Shown here: piece after piece, positions 48,976 to 62,728 of the stretch | Position numbering within the stretch: position 1 is the first letter of the stretch | Layout of the letters: the number at the start of each line of letters is the position of its first letter | Source of the DNA: Octopus sinensis | Lineage: Eukaryota | Direction: 5' to 3' | Assembly (NCBI RefSeq): GCF_006345805.1 | Contig: NC_042997.1 | Location: 67,022,001-67,086,000 of the forward strand | DNA length: 64,000 bases | Notes under the pieces: model-generated | Told to the model about the DNA's origin: nothing | Seen by the model: only the letters and a program-made list of their open reading frames with translations | The model's database searches: none | Position numbers and translations under genes: made by a program

Positions 48976-49529
48976 TATAATCTTCCAGTGAAATAATGTA
49001 GATAAAAAAAATCGAAAACAAACAATGTCACATGTCAATCTTGCATAAAGTATTGTATATTTTTACTGTTTTGCTTACAGATTGTATTAGTAATGTGCGT
49101 GTTGGTTGATTTCTTTTTCTGAAGACCTTAGCTTCTCCAGACTGTCACTTTGGAACTTACTAACGAGACCATGCATACCAATTATTTATTCCCAGTGTAA
49201 ATGTCAATTTTAAATCTGGATCCAGAAGCTGAGGCGGTTGTCTGTAGTTGTCCTCATTTTCTTGATTTTTGAAGAGATATTCACATCAGCAAGGCAGATA
49301 CTTCTACGACAGTATACATATTTTGTCTATCCAAAGAACTAAATCCGGCATATTAAACTTGCAGTTGGTGAAAGTTTTTATGGGAATTTGCTACCAATAT
49401 TCGTTTTGTGGATGTTTATATATGTATTCAGTGACAGGAATATTCTATATTTATATATGCATGAATGTATACACACACGTGCATAGAGACACACTCGTAT
49501 ATGCAGACACACTCACAGATAGATAGATT

Positions 49530-49605
<76 letters not shown>

Positions 49606-50170
49606 TCAAGTGGTAGAAACTAACAGAAGCCTTAGTAAGAAAGCTGATAAGGATTGAATTTGTATTTGTTCCGTGTTTTTACCGATTGTGCTCAGTCTGT
49701 ATATATCCAAACATACATACATACATACATACATACATACATACATACATACACGCACGCATGCATACATGTATACATACATGCATGCATACATATATAT
49801 ATATATACATTGATATTGATAGCGATAATATTCAGTATGTAATGCAACTTAACGTGTGTGTAGTATAATGAGCGCGTGTGTGCGTGTGTTTGAGTTCGTG
49901 TGTATGTGTGTGTGTAAGTGTTTGTGAGTGCACCAACGTGCGTACGTGTGTGTGTGGTCTATTAAAGTTCAGATCAGGTTCGCATTAAGTTCAGTTCCCG
50001 TCAAAGTTCAGTCTGTCTTTATCTCTCTGCAATCGATTAATTTAGTATCGATAATATATTGATGAGTCTATTTATTCCACTTAAAAAAAAATTGTGGCTT
50101 TATAGCAAATGTAAGAAATCAATATATCTCAATCAATTGATATTCCTCTATCTGTCTAGCTGTCTGCCTG

Positions 50171-50239
<69 letters not shown>

Positions 50240-50285
50240 CCATCTATCCGTCTGTCTGCCTGTCTATCTGGCTGTCTGTCTGTCA

Positions 50286-50367
<82 letters not shown>

Positions 50368-50506
50368 AATACATACTTAAATGTAAGACGTGGAAATTGT
50401 GATGATGTATAGTCGATAACTGATGAGGGTTGAGCATGCCTTTTATGTGTTTTTCACCTGTTTTTCCTGTTCCTCCGTCGTCTTTCTGTGCAGCATTTTA
50501 CTACAG

Positions 50507-50546
<40 letters not shown>

Positions 50547-50583
50547 ACACAGACACACACACAGACACACACACAGACACACA

Positions 50584-50615
<32 letters not shown>

Positions 50616-50821
50616 ACACGCACAAACACACGCACAAACACACACATAATATATATATATATATATATAGATATATATATATATATATATTGATGGTATG
50701 ATATAAATATATATACATATGATACATATATATCATACCACAAGTATTTTTCAATTTTTTCAATACTTTCAATATATGTATGTGTGCTTGTGTGTGCGTG
50801 CGTGCGTGCGCGTGTGTGCAC

Positions 50822-51232
50822 GACGTTCTAAGAACTGGACGTCATCTATCTCTCTCCTCTATCTTTTCTCTTTTCAAAGAAAATATTTCTACAGACGGTC
50901 ACTATGTTCTCCTAGTTCTGGTCTAACGACTCTCCATACTTGTTTTCGTTCGGTTTCCTTGTATGTCTCCACTGTCCTGTTTTTGTTCCCAACTTTGACT
51001 CTCCATAAATCCAAAATTTCATTTTGGGAGCAACTGTCTTCGAAGATTCATATTGTCGTCGAATGCTCGAAATAAGGAGTAGATAGACAGCCAAACAGCC
51101 AACAACTGATGAAGGATCGTTCTCTATGTTACTTGTCCTGTTTTCCTTTTTTCTCTCGTTGTTTGCGTATTTAACTCTTTTGTTTTCGTATTTCATGTTG
51201 TTTATACAGTTGGTGACGTCCTGTACCCAAAT
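50822..51232. repeat. Unclassified family of about 430 bp abutting (TA)n; further copies at 59707-60090, 60418-60560, 60570-60795 and 62170-62592
   Basis: Shared terminus tggtgacgtcctgtaccca(ta)n and internal caactgatgaagg..cgttct / gcaactgtcttcgaagac. Confidence 0.85.
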
Positions 51233-51304
<72 letters not shown>

Positions 51305-51814
51305 TATATATATGTTATGTCGCACGTTCGGATGACCTCTACTCAACTCAACTCTACTCTTCTTCCGACGTCTAGACATCTCCCTCTATATCTACGTATT
51401 GGGTTAGTCTACTTCATCGTCTGGGAGCATCCACACAACACCTCCCCCTTTTGAGTTTTTTAAACCCGAATTTATCAATTTTATTTCCTCGGTGAGAAAA
51501 TGGCATATCTTTTTCTCTTAGCTTTAATTTCCATCATTTCTGTTGGTTTTCTCTTCCTGTTCGACCTACGTGTCGGTTCTGCTTTTGCTTGTGGTTCTGG
51601 GACCTGGAACAAATCATACCATAAATCCATTAGTTCTTCTCGCCTCTCTTGGTTTTTGGTATATCTTTTTTAAAATTAGTTTAAATGTCTTCTGTGTTCA
51701 TATTTTGGGCCTTTTACCATGTACATCACGTTACCCAGACGTCCAGTTATACTTCCTTGTTCCCAGTCCTGTTTTCCGTTAGTATATATTTTAAAATACA
51801 CTTTGTCACCTGTG

Positions 51815-52292
51815 TTAAAAAATTTCACTTTTCTTCCTGAATCTTCTATATTCTGTTTCCTGCAACCATTTGTCAAAAATAGAACGAATTTTTCTGGAAA
51901 ACATCAAATCTGCGGGTGACCTACCCGACTCTGCATTTGGATTCGGTGTTATTCTGTACACCTGCAAAAACTTTGTCATATTTGTATCTTCCCGTCTGGT
52001 CTTCCTTAAGGCTCTCTTGAATGTGTCGATGAATCTTTCCGCTAACCCATTTGACCTTGGATGGTATGGCGGAGTTAATACATGCTTCATCTGAACCGAC
52101 TTACAGAATCTTTCGAACTCCTTCGCCGTGAATTGTATACCATTATCCGACACGATCGTATCAGGCACTCCATAACGAGCGAACAGTTCTTCCAAGAAGT
52201 CAATAGCCACACTTGTGGTTGGCCTTGAACATTTACACACTTCAGGCCATTTGGAATAGCTATCCACCACAATGATATAATGAGAGCCATTT
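51815..52292 (-). pseudogene. Integrase catalytic core (rve) fragment
   Basis: INGSHYIIVVDSYSKWPEV...FARYGVPDTIVSDNGIQF...PPYHPRSNGLAERFIDTFKRAL (D,D35E motif). Confidence 0.9.
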
Positions 52293-52295
52293 ATT

Positions 52296-52652
52296 AGTCA
52301 AAATATTTATCGTTTCATCAAAACACAATTCCGCGGGCTTTCTCGGTAAAATAAAGTTACAAAATCTTTCGTGTTCCGGAGTAGCAAGCTTTCGCAAAAG
52401 GAGCCTTACCTTCCTTTCACTAGACCATCCCTTGCATTCCTCTCGGAATATGTCTTCGTATCGACTGTAATATGCAGCAAAAGTAGTTCCTTCATCCGGA
52501 TTGTAGTGAAATTCTTCGATGGAACTTGCAACACCATCTGCTGAAAATGATTCTGTCGTATTTCTCAACTGCAGTAACAATTCTGTTAACTTCTGTAATT
52601 GCTGCTGCTGCTGCTCTTCTTGTTTTACAACTGCTTTCAGTAACTCTTCCAT
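52296..52652 (-). pseudogene. Gag N-terminal fragment
   Basis: MEELLKAVVKQ...EEFHYNPDEGTTFAAYYSRYEDIF...KVRLLLRKL...ERFCNFILPRKPAELCFDETINILT. Confidence 0.8.
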
Positions 52653-52723
52653 TTCCGTACTATACGAAACCTCGTCGCCACTGTTATATCGCAATACTAC
52701 ACAGTGGCTGTGTGAGCGACGCA

Positions 52724-52736
52724 ATCCTCGTCGCCA
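52724..52736 (-). promoter_or_regulatory. Primer-binding site complementary to the tRNA-Ser(GCU) 3' end; duplicated at 52670-52680
   Basis: TGGCGACGAGGAT is complementary to ...AUCCUCGUCG-CCA, the conserved metazoan tRNA-Ser(GCU) 3' end. Confidence 0.8.
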
Positions 52737-52926
52737 TTGTTATGTCGCACCTTCGGATGACCTCTACTCAACTCAACTCTACTCTTCTCCCGACGTCTAG
52801 ACTTCTCCCTCTATATCTAGTATTGGGTTAGTCTACTTCATCGTCTGGGGGCGTCCATACCCAATATATACAAACATGCATACACATGTACGCATACATA
52901 GACATTTGCACACACATACACGCACA

Positions 52927-53007
<81 letters not shown>

Positions 53008-53397
53008 GCAGACATATACTCATGCGCCCATACGTACACAAATACGCATCGGTCTATATTTAGGCAAAACATTACTCACTCTCGGCTTCATCTTCTGAAA
53101 CACGTGTTGTACATAACTATCTTTCCCATCCCTTTCATCCAAAGACTAATTATCACATAATAAGCAACCTTTCTTGCTATATACTGGAGTTGTATAGTAA
53201 CAGTCATCGGAAATTCTAATTTCGATTTAGAATGAAGCGTGTTGGATTCATTGATTAATAAAAAAAATTATTGATCGATTATTGTCTCTTTTGTGTTATC
53301 TAATCAAATCCTTGTCTACGCTTGAGGCAAAATAATTATATATATACATGCATACATACACACATAAATATATATATAGATGTAACAATTGTATATA

Positions 53398-53697
53398 CAC
53401 AGCGTGGCTTAGTAGTTAGGGCATTCGGCTAATGATCGTAAGGTCGTGAGTTCAATTCCTGGTGATGCGGTGTGTCCTCGAGCAAGACACTTTATTTCAC
53501 GTTGCTCCAGTCCACTAAGCTGGCAAAAATGAGTAGTACCTGTATTTCAAAGGGCCGGCCTTGACACACTTTTTGTGACGCAGAATGTCCCTAAGAACTA
53601 CGTTAAGGGTACATGTGTTTGTGGAGTGCTCAGTCATTTGCACGTTAATTTCACGAGGAAGCTGTTCCGTTGATCGTATCAGCGGGGACCTTTATAT
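53398..53697 (+). mobile_element. tRNA-derived SINE sharing head and CORE-like part with 6391-6650 but with a different tail
   Basis: gcgtggcttagtagttaggg...tgatcgtaaggtcgtgagttcaattcctgg...gagcaagacactttatttcacgttgctccagtccact. Confidence 0.8.
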
Positions 53698-54376
53698 ACA
53701 TAGCACCAATATATATATACATATATATATATATATACATACATGCACGCATATATATATTTATATATACACGTATATACATATATACATGCATACACAC
53801 ACACACACACACACAACGCACACATGCAATATTCCTCTTGTCGTCTTTCGGGTCATTCAGCCCCTCCATTAGGTTCTTGACATTGGTTCAAGTAACAACG
53901 AAGTTCAGGATACTGCAGACGAACATTCTATGCTTCTGCTGGAGATTTTCATTTACCTACTTATTTTCTATCTGGGCTGACTCACGTTTTTACTCTTTTC
54001 TTTCTTCTTATTGTCTTATTGTTTACGACGGTTTCCATATTTCGTCCCCTAGCATTATCTCCTTATCGCTATAAGACGATGAAATGGAACTACTGATCAG
54101 AGGGAACTCTGGGCAGACTTGTGTAGGAAAAGAAAACTCTTCGGTTTCTCGATATCCTAGTCTTGTCGGCTCTTAGTGCATGTGGATTTGAGCATTAGGC
54201 AATTCTGCTAGTGTTTGCTTCTGTTCCGGCGCCGGCTGGTGCCGTTGTAGAAACAGTGGAAGAAGCAGGAGCAGCAGCAGCCGTCATAGGCTGTATGTAT
54301 GTATGTGTGTGTGTATGTATGTATGGTTGATGTATGTATGTATGTATGTATGTATGTATATATATATATAGTATAT

Positions 54377-54441
<65 letters not shown>

Positions 54442-55826
54442 CCTTTATATATTCGTTTTGCAATATTCTTGATGTGAATTGTGTGTTGAAACAGATATTG
54501 TTGTATTTGAAGATGGTCATGTTGCCAGTTTAGCCAATGAAAACACACGCACTATATTGCTTCTTTGTCTAAATAAAAGTAAAGAGCTCGCCGGTTCTGT
54601 ACCAACGCGCCAATCAGGAACACGGGCGCTCGCTCAACAACATAGAAGTTAAAATCTTGTCCACACATAGAAAAGACGCAACGCTTAGATAAATTACGGA
54701 AGCTACACGCACAATAGAAGATAAACCTAGTCTGAATAGAAAACTAGAATGGGACACTAGCACACACCTCCAACACAACACAACCTATGACAGAATAAGA
54801 TCCTATAAACTGATAATAATATGAATATAATACAATACACAGATAGCTAAATGGAATTAAATAACTATATACATAAGCAAAATAAACTGAATTAAATTAA
54901 TTCAAAAGAAGAAAGAAAAAGTAAGTAGATATAAACAAATGAATAAAATAAAAATAAAAGTAAATTAAACAAACGTGTATAAACAGGGGATACTGATAAT
55001 GCAGGCACCATACACCCCCCCACACACCCTTACTACACATAGACGCACACAGGGATATACGCATGCTCAAATAAAGACACATACAATAGGAATACAAAAT
55101 GACAGATCGTTAGTAAGGAGAGACACAAAAAAGAAAGAAGAAAGCAAAAGACCACTGATGAGGTTACAGAAGTGTGACGAAAGAACTCTGGCCGAAATAC
55201 AATTAATATGAAATAAAGCTGAAGCAAGGGAACACCAAATATACAGTGCGTGTGTCTTTATTGGTTAAACTGGCAACATTACCATCCCCAAATATGCTTT
55301 AAAATATCAGCTTGAGAAGTACTGGAACTTTTTCGCCAAATAATGCTGGAAGAAATCTATTCATCACTGTGAACACGTACATTCTTTAAACAGTTAAAAC
55401 AACAGCGATAAGAACGACGACGACGACAACAACAACAACAAAAACAACAACAGCAGCAGCAACAACAACAACAACAACAGCAACAACAACAACAAAAATA
55501 ATAGTTTCTTTATTGACCCTAAAATGTTTGCAAAAAGATCGAGGTGTTACAGAACGATACAATGTGGTATTACGAGAAGGAGCGTTTAAATAGTAAAATA
55601 GCAATAGCAGTGAGATTTTAACCATGAATATTTTCCTAAAAGTGGGAAATTTCTGAGGACTACTCGTGTACATTCTACAAAACCAGTCATCTTGATCGTC
55701 GAGGCAAGTGCCTTCTCCTTCAATTGACAGGCGCATGCTCCTTCCTCTGCACCGCATCCAACCCACCAACCTCCAAAAATACATTTCTTAAATAGTCACC
55801 AAGTTTAGCCATGTGACACTATTGGA

Positions 55827-56124
55827 TACTCTTTTACCCTTTTACTTGTTTCAGTCATTTGACTGCTGCCATGCTGGAGCACCGCCTTTAGTCAAGCAAA
55901 TCGACCCCAGGACTTATTCTTTGTAAGCCTAGTACTTATTTATTCGGTCTCCTTTGACAACCGATGCTGGTGTGTTTACGTTCCCGTAACTTAGCGGTTC
56001 GGCAAAAGAGTCCGATAGAATAAGTACTAGGCTTACAAAGAATAAGTCCTGGGGTCGATTTGCTCGACTAAAGGCGGTGCTCCAGCATGCCCACAGTCAA
56101 ATGACTGAAACCAGTAAAAGAGTA
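55827..56124. mobile_element. Inverted duplication of the CORE-like SINE 3' half (two tails pointing outward)
   Basis: About 55840-55957 is the reverse complement of about 56000-56124. Confidence 0.85.
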
Positions 56125-56399
56125 TATACACTCATTGCCTATTGTTCTATCTTCGATCGCATTGTTTATATAGACGTTTTCATATACACACACACATAGA
56201 TACACGTATTACGTAAACTAAGAGAAAACCTCTAATGGGCAGTATTTCACCTCGTATATACAGCAGTAGAATAATTAGATTGTCAACTGTTGTTTATTCC
56301 GAGTTTGGCATTGACGCGTTTCATAATAACATTTCATTTTAATTGAATGTATCGTTGACGTCTTGCAGCAACTTACAAGTCAGTATAGATTTCATAAAG

Positions 56400-57265
56400 C
56401 CAGATCCGTGAGTAACTTAACAACTTAACCCCTTGGAGGAAATCGGTGTCAGCAACATTGTCACCCTTGACACCGGCAAAACTTTTAATTGTGTCTGGCA
56501 TGTGAATCTCATATCGAAACTTCTTTTCTATGGAATCCACTCGTCTCTTATTTCTTATATCGGTAGCTTCCATCAGATTGCCGCGTGCGTTAGAGGTCTT
56601 TTTCATTCTTACTCCATCAACACTGGAATACCTTGGGGTTCGATTTTGTTCCCCACTCTCTTCTTTCTTTAAATCAATAATGGCGCTATAGTCAACATCC
56701 ACTCTTTAGCAGATGACTCTACTCTTCACTCCTTCCTAACATTCCCCCACCAAAGTATTATGTATTTACAATTTAGACACTACACACCAACAAACACTCT
56801 CACCATGAACAGTAATTTGGAAAGCGTCTCGCAAAAGGAATATGCCAGTCTTGTCGCTTTCAAAAACAATGAAGTACAAATGCTGCTTATACCATGAAAG
56901 CTTCATAGCACCATACACCCTTCAACATAAGCGACAACCAGCTAGAGCCATGAAAATCGCCCCAGTTGTTGCTCACCGAGGATCTTTCCTGGCGAAGGTG
57001 CATCTTTAACATAGCTAAAATCGCATCCTTTACTGGCCCTTCCCTTCAGGGCCAAGAAATACTTCATCCTCAATAATTACTGATGTTCGAGTCATGTCCA
57101 AAATGGAGTATTGCCATTAGACTTGAGATGGGATCGTTGCTGCACACAGACATCTTAGGCAGGATCCAGAAAAGGGCTGGCTACTCTAGTGATTAGCATA
57201 AAGTCACTCAGAGACACCCTCCAGCCTCTGGCACACAGGCTTCTTGTCTCCTCCCTCTACTTTTT

Positions 57266-57328
<63 letters not shown>

Positions 57329-57765
57329 TAATGGTTTTCGTGGCGAAACAAATTGAAGAAGACCGAAAGTCGCAGCGCCTCTTCCTCAAGCATGCCAAGG
57401 CCTGCGCTATGGATAGGAAAGCGTGGAATAACATCAGCACCAGAGTCCGTTATCCAGCGGCACCCACAACATCGTATTGGTTGGGAGGACAGCCTCCTCC
57501 TCCAGTCGCCAGCTAGGAATTTTTATTTACTTACTTACTACCTGGTCTTATGCTGCCTCCACTCAGGCAGTCTCCTTCCATTCATCTCTCTTCCTCCTAT
57601 CACCCTTGAATCCAACACCACAAAACCTATGCTAATCACTACATCCAGTCCGTCCTTCCCAGAAAGTCATTCCACTGGAATATCCTTTCTGCTCATATCT
57701 TTTCCGCCGGTGTAGACTTACACTGGTTCAAGGCAAAGCATTAATAGCATTAATTTCATCAGGAT
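56400..57765 (+). mobile_element. Decayed CR1/Jockey-type LINE RT and 3' end, interrupted at about 57260-57545 by (CTA)n and an RTE-like 3' fragment
   Basis: LDTGKTFNCVWHVNLISKL..YGI...INTGIPWGSILFPTLF, ADDSTL, MEYC, IQKRA, then NHYIQSVLP. The insert reads ACAMDRKAWNNI and has a (TTAC)n tail. Confidence 0.65.
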
Positions 57766-59115
57766 CTGAGGGTTTGGGAAGACCCAATAAATAAAATGGA
57801 ATCATTTGGAAAATAGATTAATATAAAATAAAAATCATTACACAATAAACAGATTAATAATAAATCGGTTTATATAAATGAAGAGTTAAAAATAAGGCAT
57901 TAGATATAAGGTGTGTGGAGGAGTGGGGGTGAAGTAGTGGCGGATGATTAAAGTGGCTGAAAGAGGAAGGAGATAGGAAAAGGGAGGCAAAGTTTTATAT
58001 GTAAAAAACCTAAATGTTTAAACTAAAGGAGCCTGAATGGCGAGTCGATGCAATTTAAAGAAAGTAAAAAGGGAAGAAACAGATAAGGGAGGAGAGACAA
58101 AGAAATAAAGAAAGGAAGGTGGAAAAAAGAAAGATTGAAAGAAAAAAGGAAGAAAGGAGGGGCGAAATTAAAGTGAGGGAGGGAGAGAGAGGAATAGATA
58201 AGTGAATAGAGAAAGAAATTAAAATGAAATTAGAAAGGTACACCGAATCAGAGTGTATAAAGGAATAGAACGAAAAAGAGAGACAAGAGGGAACAAAGAC
58301 TGAAGAAGTAATAATAACTAATAAAATAAAACATTGTTTCATAATGATTTCTTACAAGTGAATCTGTTGCATCATCACTTTCTTTCTATTCTTAGTAATC
58401 TTTTGTCTTATACACTTCATTTCCTTCTCTTGTTTCCCTTAGCATTCTTCTTTACTGATTCAGGGTTTCTTTGTTATTCTCTCCTTATCTTCTATTTGTT
58501 CCATTCTTTATTTCTTCGTCTATTCTTTCATCTTTCACTATATTTCTCCTTCCCTATACATTTCTATTTCTCTATATTTTCTCTTTACTTTTTTGATTTC
58601 TTCTTAATCCCTCGCTCTTTCAGTTTTTCTTTCGTCTCCTTCATTCCTTCATTTCTTCTTTTTTAATAGTGGAACTCGAAATTGATAAAGCTATAAATAA
58701 CAGCGTGTAAACATTAGGTTAAAAAAAAGCTTTAAATTCGAAAGTTGCTCGTGTGATTCGAACTTACATTTGTAAATATTGGTTTTAACTTTGGCACAAA
58801 ACCAGCAGTTTGTGGGGAGGGGCCAAGTCGATTATATCGACCCCAGTATTTAACTTATTAACTAATGTTAGTAAGGACCACTCGGCAACGGGTCAGTTGG
58901 ATACGTGACAAAAAGCCCATGGGAGTGAGAAATCTTGACCATTTACTAAGGCTAAAATGATTGAAGATCCGAAGGGACGAGAAAAGGCAGCCATTCTCAT
59001 CGGTTGAAAATGGTAGTCACAGCTATGTGACTTGCGAGTAAACGGTGTGATTGGTGAAAATGTATACTTTTGTATCAGTGCAAATCGCTGATGTCGCGAT
59101 TAGCCAGTGAGCTTG

Positions 59116-59171
<56 letters not shown>

Positions 59172-60826
59172 ATATATATTAGCCACAGAGTCAGTATTAA
59201 TATTGCGAGGTAATATTTATCCCCACTTCAACCTAGATGCTCTGTTAGAACAGACTATACTGCGGTGGATGCCATGAGAGAAGCTCTCATATTATTGATG
59301 GTTTTTTTTTTTTGGTGCAATATGCGTTCTTGTTTATATTGCTAGTGGGGAGGTAAATCCCCACAACAAGCTCACTGGCTAATCACCACAGCAGCGCCTA
59401 TTTTGGTGGGGAGAGGAATCGCTGTAATTTCTAGCGGTCGACGTCTATCAATTACAAGAGACCAGGTAAGGTCGAAATCACCTGATTTGGTAGTCTCAGC
59501 GCTGGAGATAGCGGGGTAATATCTCCCCGCTAGTGATATAAACAAGAATACATTTTGCATCAAAAGCCAATATGACAGTTTCTCCTATAGCATCTACTGC
59601 AGTATAATTTGTTCTTACAGAACATCCACATTTAAGTGGAGATAAGTATTACCTCTCGGTATATGTACCGCCTTTGTCGCTTATATATATATAATATATA
59701 TATATATGGGTACAGGACGTAACCACTGTGTAAAAACCATGAAGTACGAAAACAAAAGAGTTAAATACGCAAACAACGAGAGAAAAATATGGAAAACAGG
59801 ACAAGTAACACGAAGAACGACTCTTCATCAGTTGTCGGATGTCTATCTACTCCTCATTTCGAGTATTTAACGACAATATGAGTCTTCGAAGACAGTTGCT
59901 CCCATAAATTCCAAAATAAAATTTTGGATTTATGAAGGGACAAAGTTAGAACCAAAATCAGGACAGTGGAGACATACAAGGAAATCGAACGAAAATAAAA
60001 ATCGAGAGTCGTTAGACCAGGGCGAGAGGAAAATAGTGAAAAGATAAAAGATAAAAGATAGAGGAGAGAGATAGAAAACTCGTCGTGCCAGAAAAGAAAG
60101 ACGGTCACGTGAAGAAAAGAAAGACGGACAATGGTCGCATGTGATCAACGAGAGAGAGAGAGAGAGAGAGAGAAAAGAGAAAGAAAGAGAGAGAGAGAGG
60201 CAAACAGAAAACGGTGAAGGGGAGAAAAAGTGAATTAGAGAGCGATGGGGAGAAAACAGTATAGAGTAGAGTCGCATCAAAATGAAATAGTAATATAAAT
60301 AATATATATATGTATATGTATATGTATACATACATACATACATACATACATACATACATACATACATACATACATACACACACACATATATATTATATAT
60401 ATATAATATCTGCTTATATGAGTACAGGACGTCGTCACCAACTTTGTAAACGACATGAAATACGAAAACAACGAGAACAACATGGAAAACAGGACAAATA
60501 ACACTAAGAACGACTTTTCATCAGTTGTCATCAACGACAGTATGAGTCTAATAAGACAGCTGATCTATTATTTTCCAACTTTGACCCTCCATAAATTCAA
60601 AATTTTATTTTGGAATTTATGGGAGCAAGTGCCTTCGAAGACTCTTAATGTCGTTGAATGATCGAAATGAGGAGTAGATAGACAGCCGACAACTGATGAA
60701 GGGTCGTTCTTTGTCTTACTTGCTCTGTTTTTCAATTTTTCTCCCGTTGTTTGCATATTTAACTCGTTTGTCTTCGCACTTCATGTTGTTATACAGAGGT
60801 GAACATATGCTATATATATATATATC

Positions 60827-60887
<61 letters not shown>

Positions 60888-60890
<3 letters not shown>

Positions 60891-61210
60891 GTAAAGTATA
60901 AAAGCCATCTCAATATGGCTAACCACAAAGTGGGGGTGTTACTGTAGCTTTTTAGCCCCAGGAGATCATCGTCTCCAGCTGGCTTTAGATACGCTTTCTG
61001 TGCCCTTGAAGTATTTGCAAAGGGAGGCCATCCCTTCCTCGTAAGCCTGAGTGATAGGAGGAAGGATGGCCTCCCTTTGCATATATACTTCAAGGGCACA
61101 GAAAGTGTGTCTAAAGCCAGCTGGAGACGATGATCTCCTGGGGCTAAAAAGCTACAGTAACACCCCCACTTGTGGTTAGCCGTATTGAGATGGCTTTTAT
61201 ACTTTACATT
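60888..61210. repeat. Near-perfect foldback hairpin (arms of about 153 bp, 17-nt loop) next to (TA)n
   Basis: 60888-61040 mirrors 61058-61210 with few differences. Confidence 0.92.
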
Positions 61211-61333
61211 GTCGAGCGGTTACTGTTTACATCTCGCTCTGAGATTTAATAATGTCTATATATATATATATATATATATATTATAGATATATTATATATA
61301 TATATAATATATTATATATATATATTTATTATA

Positions 61334-61670
61334 TTACTCTTTTACTTATTTCAGTCATTTGACTGCGGCCATGCTGGAGCACCACCTTTAGTCGAGCAAA
61401 TCGACCCCGGGACTTATTCTTTGTAAGCCCAATACTTATTCTATCGGTCTCTTTTGCCGAACCGCTAAGTAACGGGGACGTAAACACACCAGCATCGGTT
61501 GTCAAGCAATGCTAGGGGGACAAATACAGACACACAAACACACACACATATATATATATACATATATATGACAGGCTTCTTTCAGTTTCCATCTACCAAA
61601 TCCACTCACAAGGCATTGGTCGACCCGGGGCTATAGCAGAAAACACATGCCCAAGATGCCACGCAGTGGG
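61334..61670 (-). mobile_element. CORE-like SINE, 5'-truncated
   Basis: Matches 37724-38116 in reverse; ends within the B-box region. Confidence 0.85.
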
Positions 61671-61916
61671 TCTTATATATATAGATAGGAAAATGTGTTG
61701 CTGAAAATACACTTAACTTTCAAAAACTCGTAAATGTTTAAAATATATTCATTTACATATATACCAAACTAGTTTCAACAATATATTTTGTTTATCAATG
61801 GTAAAAGTGTAAAATTAGAAAAACATCGTTATAAGTTTCAATGTTGACAAATCAAAATTTTCAATGTTGACAAACTGAAATGTACAATGTTGTTAAATTA
61901 AAATGTTTCAATGTTG

Positions 61917-61972
<56 letters not shown>

Positions 61973-62683
61973 CATATATATATATTTTAAATGAACACCA
62001 CGCATCCATTTCCAAGTGAGTTTATTTTAACTTTTTTGATGCGATTGAACTCCATACTGTTTTCCCCCTCCTTCTCTACTTCCATTTTTCTTTCCTTCAA
62101 CGTGTTCTATCTGCCTCTCTCCCCTCTTTTTTTCTCTCTCGTTGCTCACACGTAACCAACTTTATTTTCCCGCACGACGTTCTAAGGACTTGAGAGGTCT
62201 TCTATCTCTCTCCTCTATCTTTTCTCCTTTAAAAGAAAATATTTCCCCTGGCGTTCGCTATTTTCCTCTCGTTCTGGTCTAACGACCCCCACCCATGTTT
62301 TTTTTCCTTCGATTTCTTTGTATGTCTTCACTGACCTATTTTTGTGCCCAACTTTGACCATCAAAAATTCCAAAATTTTATTTCGGAATTTATGGGAGCA
62401 ACTGTCTTCGAAGACTCATATTGTCGTTGAATGCTCGAAATGAAATGTAGGTAGACAGCCGACAACTGATGAAGGGTCATTTTTTGTGCTACTTGTCCTG
62501 TTTTCCATATTTTTCTCTCGTTGTTTGCGTATTTAACTCGTTTGTTTTCGTACTTCATATTGTTTACAAAGTTGGTGACGTCCTGTACCCATATATATAT
62601 ATATATATATATAAATATATACATACATATATATCTATATATATATTATATATATATATATATAGTATCCATTTCCAAGTAAG

Positions 62684-62728
<45 letters not shown>

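Larger units (their letters stand above)
51313..52866 (-). mobile_element. Internally deleted Ty3/Gypsy (Mag-like) LTR retrotransposon
   Basis: LTRs at 51313-51440 and 52738-52866 (roughly 90% identical by eye); PPT aaaagggggagg next to the 3' LTR; PBS tggcgacgaggat; gag N-terminus fused to the integrase core; (TA)n flanks. Confidence 0.92.

Noticed and set aside
51209-51230. TGGTGAC read as a tRNA-Trp PBS, which would make the 430-bp family an LTR
   Set aside because: Only 7 nt match TGGTGACCCCGACG, no TG...CA boundaries are evident and no internal region follows.
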